From an uncultured bacterium (GTDB lineage: Bacteria > Patescibacteriota > Minisyncoccia > Phycocordibacterales > UBA9973), in contig CALCZP010000004.1 in the NCBI GenBank assembly GCA_937903035.1, forward strand, positions 84,465 to 148,464: a stretch of DNA of 64,000 nt. The letters are read 5' to 3'. Shown here in pieces: positions 42,380 through 51,733 of this stretch (position 1 is its first letter; each line of letters begins with the position of its first letter). A model generated the notes under the pieces. That model was not told the DNA's origin, did no database searches, and was given only the letters and a program-made list of their open reading frames with translations. Made by a program: the position numbers and the translations under genes.

Positions 42380-44638
42380 TTATAATTTTTTAGCTTTAAT
42401 ACGAAGTGAATTTGATACAACCGACACCGACGACATGGCCATAGCAAAGCCTGCGAAAATTGGGTTTAATAACCAACCAAAGATTGGATAGAACAAACCA
42501 GCGGCAAGTGGAATACCAATAATGTTGTAGATAAAAGCCCAGAAGAGATTTTGTTTAATTCCTCGCATAGTTATTTTCGAAAGCTTAATAGCTTTTACAA
42601 GTTTTGAGATATCACCATGGAGAAGTGTTATACCGGCTGATTCTATTGCCACATCAGTTCCAGTGCCCATGGCGATACCAACATTAGCTTGAGCAAGTGC
42701 AGGTGCATCGTTCACACCGTCACCAGCCATGGCCACGATTTTACCTTGCGCTTGCAACGCCTTGATTTTGTCCATCTTATCCTGTGGCAAAACATGAGCA
42801 ATCACTTCATCTATACCAACCTGCGAAGCTATGTATTTTGCAGCTTTCTCATCATCGCCAGTAAGCATAACCACTTTTATACCGAGCTTGTGCAAACTCG
42901 CTACTGCATCTTTTGACTCTTTCTTCACTTCATCTGCGACCATAACAAATCCGAGAAAGTTGTCTTCGGTACTTATAAGAACAGGTGTCTTACCTTCCGA
43001 GGTATACTGTTCTAATTGATTTCGGTCAAAAGAAATCTTAAGTTCACCCATTAATTGAGCATTGCCAATAAAATATTCTGTGCCATCAACAATACCCTTG
43101 AGACCTTTACCTTGAATGATTGAGAAGCTTGATGTATTTGATAGAGATATATTTTTACTCTGAGCATATTGTGTGACAGCGTGTGCAATCGGGTGCTCAG
43201 ACTTACTTTCAAGTGTTGCAATAATGCGAATGAAATCATCGTCACTCAACTTCGATTTATTATGAATATTAACAACTGTTGGTTTGCCGATCGTAATGGT
43301 ACCTGTCTTGTCTACCACCACAGTATCTACCTTATGCAAGTGTTCCAGAGATGCCGCGTCCTTAATAAGGATTCCGTTGCGGGCGCCCTTGCCTACACCA
43401 ACAATAATGGCGGTAGGAGTTGCAAGACCAAGAGCACAGGGACAAGCAATGACGAGGATGCTCACAAAGGACAAAATACCCAGAGACATTGATTGTGAAA
43501 AACCGATGAATTGAGATCCGATTGTAAGCCAAATGATGAGGGAGACAAAAGCAATTATGAGTACGATTGGCACAAATATACCCGATATTTTATCTGCAAG
43601 AGCCTCAATCGGTGCTTTACTACCCTGTGCATCTTCAACCATTTTTATAATTTGAGACAACAGAGTTTCTTTACCAACCTTTTTAGCTTCAAATATAAAT
43701 GAGCCACTGGTATTGATCGTTCCAGCAACAACACTATCACCAATCTTTTTTTCAACGGCAATCGGTTCACCGGTGACCATTGATTCATCGACAAATGAAC
43801 TGCCTTCGAGAACTAGTCCATCAACTGGTATTTTACTACCTGGCTTTATAATAATTCTGTCACCATGAACAACTTCATCAATTTTTACTTCCACCTCCTT
43901 GCCATTACGAATAACTAAAGCTGTTTTTGCTTGAAGATTTAGTAATTTTTCAATAGCATCTCCAGTTTTCTTCTTTGACCGTGCCTCTAGATATTTCCCT
44001 AATGTTATAAAACCGATAACAACAATTGTTACATCGAAATAGGTATACTCAGGAACGCGCAATAAAGTCCCTAAGGAAGGCAAAAGTGTTATAAGAATAC
44101 TGTAAGTGTATGCAACAAGCGTACCGAGACCGATGAGGGTGTCCATATTCGCAACACGATGTCTTATGAATCTTGTTACGCCGAGCAAATACGGCTTGCC
44201 AACCCAGAATAAAGCTACGGTCGCCACAACCATTGAAATAGTATTGAAAAGTGCCATCGGAATTGGCAAATTTGGCATCCATGCAGTTGTTCGAGCAAGA
44301 ATGTCCCACATCATAAGAGCAAACACCGTGATTGTGACTGGAATAATAAACGAAGTCTTATTTCTAAGTTCATCCAGTTCATCTGCTTTCATGAGAGCAT
44401 GATCATGACCACTCTTTGCCTGATTATTTTCCGAGACAAAAGAGTATCCAAGCTTACTTATCTCATCATTCATTGAGTCAATTGATGTATGAGCATCATC
44501 ATAGTCGATCTTAGCTTTTTCATTTCCATAATTTACCGAGACCGATTTAACATGAGGCATTGCACTGAGCTTCTTGGTAATGATTGAAGCACAACTAGCA
44601 CAATGCATCCCTTTAACTTTTAAAATTTGTGTAGTCAT
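42380..44638 (-). CDS. copA: copper-translocating P1B-type ATPase
   Basis: HMA GMHCASC, a CPC motif ([11 protein letters not shown]), DKTGTIT, and [10 protein letters not shown]. Confidence 0.95.
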   Translation of the reverse strand: MTTQILKVKGMHCASCASIITKKLSAMPHVKSVSVNYGNEKAKIDYDDAHTSIDSMNDEISKLGYSFVSENNQAKSGHDHALMKADELDELRNKTSFIIPVTITVFALMMWDILARTTAWMPNLPIPMALFNTISMVVATVALFWVGKPYLLGVTRFIRHRVANMDTLIGLGTLVAYTYSILITLLPSLGTLLRVPEYTYFDVTIVVIGFITLGKYLEARSKKKTGDAIEKLLNLQAKTALVIRNGKEVEVKIDEVVHGDRIIIKPGSKIPVDGLVLEGSSFVDESMVTGEPIAVEKKIGDSVVAGTINTSGSFIFEAKKVGKETLLSQIIKMVEDAQGSKAPIEALADKISGIFVPIVLIIAFVSLIIWLTIGSQFIGFSQSMSLGILSFVSILVIACPCALGLATPTAIIVGVGKGARNGILIKDAASLEHLHKVDTVVVDKTGTITIGKPTVVNIHNKSKLSDDDFIRIIATLESKSEHPIAHAVTQYAQSKNISLSNTSSFSIIQGKGLKGIVDGTEYFIGNAQLMGELKISFDRNQLEQYTSEGKTPVLISTEDNFLGFVMVADEVKKESKDAVASLHKLGIKVVMLTGDDEKAAKYIASQVGIDEVIAHVLPQDKMDKIKALQAQGKIVAMAGDGVNDAPALAQANVGIAMGTGTDVAIESAGITLLHGDISKLVKAIKLSKITMRGIKQNLFWAFIYNIIGIPLAAGLFYPIFGWLLNPIFAGFAMAMSSVSVVSNSLRIKAKKL

Positions 44639-44643
44639 GGTTA

Positions 44644-45204
44644 TTAAATGTTATACCAAGTAGTTCTTAGACCTTTAAGTGTTTCCAGGCCATTTGAAAG
44701 GAACGTCTCAACTGCATTTGCATTATCCAATACCTGTGCCCGACTAGATTTTAGTCGTGTCTCTTTTGTCATAACAATACCAGCCTCATGATGAGCTATA
44801 ATCGCATTAAGGAAACGTAAATCAAATGTGTCTCCTGTAGGACCAAGATTTGCCACAATTGGATCTCTCACACCTTTTGTATCTCCATACCAATCCTTTT
44901 TCCATGAATACAGTTCAGCGATAGCTTTTGGCTCATCTGCAAGAATATTCTGTGCTAAGGTCTTCATCTCCGGACGAGTAGTATTTTTAGCCAACTGTTC
45001 CGCAAGAAGCATTGCACCCCTATGATGAGAAATCATGGCGTTTACATATCGAAGATCAAAAGTTCTGTCCGCTTGGCCAAGACTCATGGTATTTTTATCA
45101 TACATCGATACTTTATAGTCAGGAGTTATATAATATCCAAAAGCAGCGCCCAATATTACACCAACAACTACTAAACCTAATGTTAAATATATTGATATCT
45201 TCAT
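44644..45204 (-). CDS. DUF305-family protein (copper-resistance-associated), membrane anchored
   Basis: Two repeats of the F.DLRY.NAMI.HH..A DUF305 signature. Confidence 0.65.
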   Translation of the reverse strand: MKISIYLTLGLVVVGVILGAAFGYYITPDYKVSMYDKNTMSLGQADRTFDLRYVNAMISHHRGAMLLAEQLAKNTTRPEMKTLAQNILADEPKAIAELYSWKKDWYGDTKGVRDPIVANLGPTGDTFDLRFLNAIIAHHEAGIVMTKETRLKSSRAQVLDNANAVETFLSNGLETLKGLRTTWYNI

Positions 45205-45205
45205 A

Positions 45206-45481
45206 TTATTTTCTTTTTAATTTATAAACCTTGAGAACTTCACCTTTGGCTTTATCTACTTGACCAGAAGACATTTGATGATGAACACAATGACCTAAAT
45301 GATTCTCCATTAATATATCCTCGACAGAAGACAAGCTTTGTTTAACCGCAGATGTTTGTGTGATTACATCAATGCAGTAAGTGTCATTCTCGACTAATTT
45401 TTGTAAACCGCGAACCTGCCCCTCAATACGTTTGAGTTGCTTAATAATTTTCTCTTTTCCTTTTTCATCTATATACTTCAT
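45206..45481 (-). CDS. csoR: CsoR/RcnR-family metal-sensing transcriptional repressor
   Basis: IEGQVRGLQKLVENDTYCIDVITQTSAV with metal ligands C..H..C. The ORF track's first codon is TTG; ATG at 45481 is used here. Confidence 0.85.
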   Translation of the reverse strand: MKYIDEKGKEKIIKQLKRIEGQVRGLQKLVENDTYCIDVITQTSAVKQSLSSVEDILMENHLGHCVHHQMSSGQVDKAKGEVLKVYKLKRK

Positions 45482-45492
45482 ATACAAAGAGT

Positions 45493-45513
45493 ATATACCC
45501 CCTAGGGGTATAT
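45493..45513. promoter_or_regulatory. candidate CsoR operator: near-perfect palindrome ATATACCCC-CTAG-GGGGTATAT
   Basis: GC-core inverted repeat 12 bp upstream of the csoR start. It resembles known CsoR operators (TACCC...GGGTA). Confidence 0.55.
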
Positions 45514-45560
45514 GTCAAATACATCAGTTAAATCAGGGGGGTGATATTGATAGTGTGAAT

Positions 45561-46925
45561 TTATATTCCGAAACTTTGAAGTTTGTTTTCTGGAGGTTTG
45601 TGCGTTCCATTCTTTATTGCTTCGGAAACTTTTCTGTATTCATCACCAAATTTCTTTCCAATCTTTTCAAACTCCGAAGGCTTCAGTTCTTTTGGACGAT
45701 TATATCGATACCAGCATCTGTATCGTATTGGCAGATCAGGATAATCTTTCATATTCACATAGGCGATATTCTCTATCTTTTCTGGTGGCTTATATTTATT
45801 CGCATTTGCAGGATTTTTTAGAATCATCATTTCTTTGAATGCCTCCTCGACATGCTTCCATGGTTGAGAGTTGTATCCATCTTCATCATCCAAGCTCATA
45901 CTGAAATCGCAATGACCATCATCTTGCCCAGGTATATACCAAATCTGTCCGTGTGCCCACATTGGAGCTGATATCTCAAAATCCGAAGCCTTGTCTCCTC
46001 CAGGATGTATTGACTCATCGTGTTTTTCTTCCATGTAGTAGTCGACGGATACAGTCGACATATCGAGCAAGTATTCGCGAGAAAAAATTGTATATAAACC
46101 GAATCTATCTGTGCCCGGAACACTCTTTTCCAAATCCTTGATTGATTTTGCGTCAGGATACCTTTGAGGCCAAAGTATTCGGTTACGATCGTCCAGAAGT
46201 GGATACGCTTTGAATAAGCCTGGCATTTCCCCATGCTTTATTCCTTTGTACAAAGTGATCATTATTGAACTTGGATGAAGCAGGTTTCCTAGAACAACAA
46301 TGTTTGTCTTCTCACTTCCGATAGACCAAATCTCTCCCATAAACCAATCATGAAAGAGACGTATCTGTTTGCCATCTTGGAATGATGTCATATCTTCCAT
46401 GTCATCACAGATGATGAGATCGGGACGATGATTGCGATACTTTAGTCCACGAATATTCTGTAACGCTCCGATGCACATGATTTTTGCTCCGTATTTCGGT
46501 ATCTCAATTGTAAACGCACCCCAATCTTCCTTGCTCGCTTGGAATGGACCAAGATCGTTTTTCAATAGCTCGTTCTCTTCAAGTTCTTGTTTGATGCTGT
46601 TGAAATGAGACTGTGACTGAACTCTGGTTTTAGACATGATTACTATAAACTTTTTCTGATGTTTTCCAAGAATACTCCACAGAGCATTAGAGAGGTTCAG
46701 AATGGTCGATTTTCCTGAACCTCGAAATGCCATGAACACGTTGAGCTTGTGTTGGTATTCTTCTGTAATGCGGAACATCTCCTTATGGAACCATGCGAAC
46801 TCGTACGTGATATGTCTCTGAAGATAGATACGGCAAAATGCCTCGTGATTTTCATATACGAGTGCTTTTCGTACGGCAACATCATTGATGATTGCCTGTT
46901 TAAGTTCAGGAGACAATTCTTTCAT
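45561..46925 (-). CDS. phage terminase large subunit-like ATPase/nuclease
   Basis: Walker A FRGSGKST, Walker B DLIICDDMED, and a C-terminal nuclease-like acidic region. Confidence 0.75.
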   Translation of the reverse strand: MKELSPELKQAIINDVAVRKALVYENHEAFCRIYLQRHITYEFAWFHKEMFRITEEYQHKLNVFMAFRGSGKSTILNLSNALWSILGKHQKKFIVIMSKTRVQSQSHFNSIKQELEENELLKNDLGPFQASKEDWGAFTIEIPKYGAKIMCIGALQNIRGLKYRNHRPDLIICDDMEDMTSFQDGKQIRLFHDWFMGEIWSIGSEKTNIVVLGNLLHPSSIMITLYKGIKHGEMPGLFKAYPLLDDRNRILWPQRYPDAKSIKDLEKSVPGTDRFGLYTIFSREYLLDMSTVSVDYYMEEKHDESIHPGGDKASDFEISAPMWAHGQIWYIPGQDDGHCDFSMSLDDEDGYNSQPWKHVEEAFKEMMILKNPANANKYKPPEKIENIAYVNMKDYPDLPIRYRCWYRYNRPKELKPSEFEKIGKKFGDEYRKVSEAIKNGTHKPPENKLQSFGI

Positions 46926-46927
46926 GG

Positions 46928-47314
46928 CTACTTAAAGTGAGATAGGGCCTCTTCGAGGAGTTCCTTTTGGTGCTGGTTAAGTTCGACTTTTTTCTGAGCA
47001 CGAATAAACATATCTTTCTTCTCCTCAGACATGTATGCTTTATGTCTGTTTCTGAGCCAGAATGCCACTGCTTGAAATTTCTTCTCTTTCAAGAGGGCGA
47101 CGAGCTGACTTTCAGATAGATCGTTTATATACTCCACACCATCGATCCTTGCGTTTTCAACATCGGTCTTGAAGTCATCGCTTTCTTCACACCAGCGGTA
47201 GAAAGTAGCTCTTGATATCCCGACTTTGGCACAAGCATGACTTGTGATTGGGACGGCACGTAGTTGTTCAAGCAGAAGTTCTTTCTGCTTCTTTATTGTT
47301 TTTACAGTAGCCAT
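46928..47314 (-). CDS. terminase small-subunit-like HTH protein
   Basis: HTH ACAKVGISRATFYRWCE. It is adjacent to and co-oriented with the large terminase. Start placed at the internal Met. Confidence 0.5.
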   Translation of the reverse strand: MATVKTIKKQKELLLEQLRAVPITSHACAKVGISRATFYRWCEESDDFKTDVENARIDGVEYINDLSESQLVALLKEKKFQAVAFWLRNRHKAYMSEEKKDMFIRAQKKVELNQHQKELLEEALSHFK

Positions 47315-47315
47315 A

Positions 47316-48638
47316 TTAGTTGATCTTCTTACGCTTTTTACCAGTCTCTTTCTCCCAGCGACGCATAATGACTTCGGCATAAACGTGTGATTTCTCCATA
47401 ACAAAGCATCTTCGACCCATCTTTATCGAAGCGATGAGAGTTGAACCAGAACCACCGAATGGCTCAAGGATGAGATTGTCTCTTTTGGTCAAAACTTTGA
47501 TGTATGGAATGAGAAGCTCAATCGGTTTTGTCCCGAAGATTATCTCTTGCCCTGATGATTTCTTATCTGCGGCTGGATGAGCAATGAAATCGGTAGGACA
47601 AATTTTCTTTCCTTTCTCATACTGCTCCCAGTGAGGTTTTCCTGCTGTGGCAAAGAGAGCATTCTCATACTCATTCTGAAAAATCGCATCTTCTTCTACT
47701 AGATTAAGAGGTGTGCTACCAGAGTTTCCAACCAAAGCGATATCTGTCTTGTTGAAGAATTTGTACTTAGACGAAAATCCCTGCATACGATTCGACACAT
47801 GCCACGTGATGGTGTTTCTATACTTCCAATGCTTCTCAAGAGCAGTCCAAATCGTCTTTAGATTTTTTGGATTCTCAAAGATGATGATTGAGAAGTCGGG
47901 CTTTTGCACTTTAGCAACATTTGCCATCCATAGATCCGAGAAGTTGTCCGGCAATACATCAGTCTCAAGATAGCGACGATTCTTCTTTGCTCCGAATCCA
48001 ACAGTTGGACCATCTTTACCTCGACCTTTTCCTTTGAGGTAATTAAGAATATATGGCGGGTCAGTGAGAACCATATCAGCTTTGTTTTCACCCATGAGTT
48101 TAATCATGTCAGCCTCAACAGTAGAGTCACCAATCATGATTCGAGAACCATCGAGGTCGTACACATCTCCTTTCTTTGCTTTGACTGTGATATCTAGCTT
48201 GTCGAGTTCCTTTTGGAGATCAAACTGTTCCTCATTTATTTCCGCAGGAAAAATATCGTCGATTTCCTCTGAGCTAAAACCGATATCTGTGAGAAGTGAC
48301 TCATCGAATTCAGCGAGGAGATCAAGATCAAACTCTCCTTGGTTTTTATTGAGTCGCAGGTTGAGTTCAGACTCCTTTTCAGGTGTGAGATTAACAAATA
48401 CGACAGGCATATTCTTGTACCCAAGCTCTTTGCAGACTTCAAGTCTGAAGTGACCGCCAACCACAACGTTCTTTCGGTCGGGATGGGAATTAACGATAAT
48501 GGGATCGACGTTGCCAAACCTCTTGATGCTCTCCGTGAGACTCTTCTTTTGTTCATCGCTCCACTTGCGTGGGTTCTTGTCGTTTGCGACAAGGCTGTCG
48601 ATTGAGATGTACTCAATCTTTAGATTTTCTTTATGCAT
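47316..48638 (-). CDS. ParB-like nuclease domain fused to an N6-adenine/N4-cytosine DNA methyltransferase
   Basis: N-terminal ParB/Srx motif (NPRKWSDEQKKSLTESIKRFGNVDPIIV) and an MTase with DPPY and EPFGGSGST. Confidence 0.85.
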   Translation of the reverse strand: MHKENLKIEYISIDSLVANDKNPRKWSDEQKKSLTESIKRFGNVDPIIVNSHPDRKNVVVGGHFRLEVCKELGYKNMPVVFVNLTPEKESELNLRLNKNQGEFDLDLLAEFDESLLTDIGFSSEEIDDIFPAEINEEQFDLQKELDKLDITVKAKKGDVYDLDGSRIMIGDSTVEADMIKLMGENKADMVLTDPPYILNYLKGKGRGKDGPTVGFGAKKNRRYLETDVLPDNFSDLWMANVAKVQKPDFSIIIFENPKNLKTIWTALEKHWKYRNTITWHVSNRMQGFSSKYKFFNKTDIALVGNSGSTPLNLVEEDAIFQNEYENALFATAGKPHWEQYEKGKKICPTDFIAHPAADKKSSGQEIIFGTKPIELLIPYIKVLTKRDNLILEPFGGSGSTLIASIKMGRRCFVMEKSHVYAEVIMRRWEKETGKKRKKIN

Positions 48639-49020
48639 ATACTTTGCTTTTTAATTAATTTCTAAAAAGCAAAAGACCATCTTTATCGTTAAGTTTCCTT
48701 AACTGCAAAGATGGTCTTTCGAGAAGCGGTGCACGACTCAAAAAACACTCTTAACTTTACAGTTAAAAGAAATTTCTTTGAGCAGTGTAGGAATATAACC
48801 TTCAGCATTTCCTACCTTAGTAGGGGTCTGCGAATCTATATCCAGCCGCTGTGAAGAATGATTGAAAGTGTAGAGAGTTCCTCCTAGTAGGAGGGTTTTC
48901 CCAGCCGTCAATCCGATATGAGGATGTCAATTGCTCTGAAAGTATTATCTACCTAACTAAACAAAAATACAAGACGATGTTTAGTTAAAGAATACATGAA
49001 AACCCTTTTTTAATTTGTCC

Positions 49021-49959
49021 TTATACTAAAAGGCTTTTCTTAAGTTCGGTCATTACAAAATCCTTAAATATAAGACAGTTATCCACAACTTGCTTAAGTA
49101 TGTATTCTTGTTCCTCAAACTCTTTTTCGAAAGAAACAGGTTCTACCTCCAATCTAAAACTTACTGATTTACCAGTCATGACCAATTCCATATTTGGAGG
49201 TAGCTTATTATAGTCTTGAAGTAATTCTTCATATTGAGAAGCCATGCCACTTAACTCAAGATCAACATATCCTTTCTCCATCTTATGAATAAGGCGTGTA
49301 TTTTTTAAAAGCCAGAAGGGACTGAAATACACAAAAGAAGATGCTGTCGGCTTTACTTTAGGTTGAGGCATATTTAATTCCTGTAATGTGCCTGATATAT
49401 ACAAATAATATTTCTTCCAAAACTCTGTAACAACCTCATCCTTTATAGCTTGATATCCTCTTCGTTCTTGTTCAATCGCAAGACGAAGAATTTCTGATTT
49501 GTACCATGATCGTAAAGAGGCGTCTTTAGAAAACCAAGTAAGTATTTCCTCATAAGAAACAGAGTACTCAAACTCACTTTTATTATCAATATAAGCCTTA
49601 GGAGCAACAAGAATGACCGCGGTCTCAATATTAGGTCCAGCAAGAAGTTCTGCACGCTTCATGTATCGATCATACTGAGCATCTTGAAACATAGCGTCAA
49701 CTTTGTTTTCAATTAGAAGAAACAATTTCTTTTGATTAAAAACAAATTCAGCTTGAATGTCAGTCTCTCCGAGCCCTGCGGTTGTCACACTTCGATATGC
49801 TTTTGAGAATATAAACTCTGGCTTACCAACAACTTTTAAAAATAACTTTTCTAAGCCTGTATTTGCATATAGTTCTTCTAATATCAATAAATCAATATCT
49901 CGTTCACGCACGGATTCGACTATCGGGAATGTTGCACCATTATTTTGAATTGCCTCCAT
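49021..49959 (-). CDS. protein with an N-terminal RecB/Cas4-like PD-(D/E)xK nuclease domain and a C-terminal domain of unknown function
   Basis: ERDIDLLILEE (motif I/II), ETDIQAEF, LLIENKVDA (ExK) and FQDAQY (QxxxY). Confidence 0.5.
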   Translation of the reverse strand: MEAIQNNGATFPIVESVRERDIDLLILEELYANTGLEKLFLKVVGKPEFIFSKAYRSVTTAGLGETDIQAEFVFNQKKLFLLIENKVDAMFQDAQYDRYMKRAELLAGPNIETAVILVAPKAYIDNKSEFEYSVSYEEILTWFSKDASLRSWYKSEILRLAIEQERRGYQAIKDEVVTEFWKKYYLYISGTLQELNMPQPKVKPTASSFVYFSPFWLLKNTRLIHKMEKGYVDLELSGMASQYEELLQDYNKLPPNMELVMTGKSVSFRLEVEPVSFEKEFEEQEYILKQVVDNCLIFKDFVMTELKKSLLV

Positions 49960-49964
49960 AATAG

Positions 49965-50867
49965 TTATTTCCTCCAGAAGATTAGCGACTTAAAGAACCC
50001 TGTGACTCGCTCTGTAAATGTTGGCTTTGGAGCTTCTCCCACTTTCGCAGGCGTAACTGGCTCTTCAACCTCGGTAGTTGTTGAGACCACAGGCTCAATC
50101 ACTTTTAGTGTCTCGACCTTTGGTTTCTGTTCAGCTTTTGGAGTAGGTTTAATTTCAGAAGCAGGAGTATTAACAACAACCTCTTTTACCTCCTCAATGA
50201 CTGGAGGGGTTGTTGTAGCTTTCTGTGATTTTTTAGCAAAGAAGTCAGGATACTTAGCTCGATAGAGTTGCTCAACTTTGTAAGCGTTCACTGGATTCAT
50301 TTTCTGAAGCAGTTTGAACTGAGCCACCTCTTGATCATCGGGGAGCGATTCAAGCCAATCGAAATATTCTCCGATGGTTATCTGCTTTTGTGGAGGCTGG
50401 ATTGCTTGCTCGTATACTTTGGTGTACTTGTCGTATTCGAGTTGCTGAATCTTGAGCTTGAGTTCGGCGATTTCAGCCTCTTTTGCTTTCATATCAATTT
50501 GAGATTGATATGAAGACCTTTGAGATTCTAGGTCAGCAATCTGTTTGGAGTACTTGGTATCAATTTCAGAAAGCTCCGCCTTGATTTGCTCCGTCAGACC
50601 ATAGGTGCCAGTGAGATAGTTTTTCTTGGCATCTCGTTCGTTCTTTAATTCAAGAATTCTGTTATCAATGTTTCCAATTGATGATGCAGAATTATTTTGC
50701 AATTGTGCCTCAAGTGATTTGAGACGATATTCTAAAGCTGACTTTTCCTCCTGCTGTTTGATGGATACATCTGCGGGCAGATAGTTATAGTCGGTTGCGT
50801 GTGCGATGGTTGCTTGGAATACAAATATTCCTAGCACGAACACGCATGTTCGTATGATTTTGTTCAT
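49965..50867 (-). CDS. secreted coiled-coil protein with a Pro/Thr/Lys-rich C-terminal region
   Basis: Signal peptide MNKIIRTCVFVLGIFVFQATIAHA, long heptad-like segments, and a PTPKAEQKPK tail. Confidence 0.5.
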   Translation of the reverse strand: MNKIIRTCVFVLGIFVFQATIAHATDYNYLPADVSIKQQEEKSALEYRLKSLEAQLQNNSASSIGNIDNRILELKNERDAKKNYLTGTYGLTEQIKAELSEIDTKYSKQIADLESQRSSYQSQIDMKAKEAEIAELKLKIQQLEYDKYTKVYEQAIQPPQKQITIGEYFDWLESLPDDQEVAQFKLLQKMNPVNAYKVEQLYRAKYPDFFAKKSQKATTTPPVIEEVKEVVVNTPASEIKPTPKAEQKPKVETLKVIEPVVSTTTEVEEPVTPAKVGEAPKPTFTERVTGFFKSLIFWRK

Positions 50868-50871
50868 AAGC

Positions 50872-51042
50872 CACTGTAGCGGTTTTAGCCTATTAACTGA
50901 TAATAGGCGGAGAATCTTGAGTCTTGCGACTGAAGACTCCTCGCCATTGTGATCCAACCTTTCGGTCAGACCCATATATCCTTTCGGATACACGACCGCT
51001 ACAGTGACTCTGACGAGGAGTCTTCAATACTGTAGCGGTTTT
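50872..51042. repeat. interleaved repeat system A1-B-A'-B'-A2 in the leader of the 49965-50867 gene
   Basis: A1 CACTGTAGCGGTTTT at 50872-86. B TGAAGACTCCTCG at 50931-43. A' ACCGCTACAGTG at 50995-51006. B' CGAGGAGTCTTCA at 51014-26. A2 ACTGTAGCGGTTTT at 51029-42. Confidence 0.75.
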
Positions 51043-51185
51043 GCTATTCCGACCATATCCTAGGAAACTAAGGGTTTTCTAGGGGTTAGGTCTTTGTTGT
51101 ACAAGAACATGATAGCAAATTTTTGGCTATCTTTCTAGACTTTAGCTTACATTTAGGGAGTTGCGAAGCCTGAGTTGTCGACAGT

Positions 51186-51731
51186 CTATTTTGTCTTCTT
51201 TTGCGAACCAAGACCTTTCATTAGATATTCCTTTTCATGACCATGGACCTTGTCCATAACAGCAAGTAAATCCTCAAAAATATTAAAAGCTTCTCGAAGG
51301 TGTTCACTGGCTTTGGTTTGAACTTTACTGTCATAACTTGCCTGATCTTTAATATCTTTCATTTCAGAGTAATCAACTAATTTATATTCTGCTTCAACAT
51401 TGTGCAAAACAAGATTCCTGCTCTTCTTGAATTTACTTATCCTCGAATAAAGTTTTTCATCTAGCACATCCTTGTTTTTCAAAACCAAAAAGATTGCCAT
51501 ACCATCGAAACCAACACGCCCTTTTATATTATGAAGATGGTTAATAAGAGATTGCGCTTCAAAAGAGTTGAAAATCTGTCTCAAGATTGATTCACCAGTA
51601 TTATCAATAATTGAATCAGCACCTGCGAATGCTTGAGCAAAATAACCCTTATTTGCTGGATCAAGCACGAACTTACCCCAATCTATTGAGATACCAGAAT
51701 ATTTACCATCCCATGTGACTCTCGATTCCAT
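51186..51731 (-). CDS. hypothetical protein, last gene of the CHAT operon
   Basis: 181 aa. Its start lies 2 nt from the stop of the 984-aa gene. Confidence 0.5.
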   Translation of the reverse strand: MESRVTWDGKYSGISIDWGKFVLDPANKGYFAQAFAGADSIIDNTGESILRQIFNSFEAQSLINHLHNIKGRVGFDGMAIFLVLKNKDVLDEKLYSRISKFKKSRNLVLHNVEAEYKLVDYSEMKDIKDQASYDSKVQTKASEHLREAFNIFEDLLAVMDKVHGHEKEYLMKGLGSQKKTK

Positions 51732-51733
51732 AA

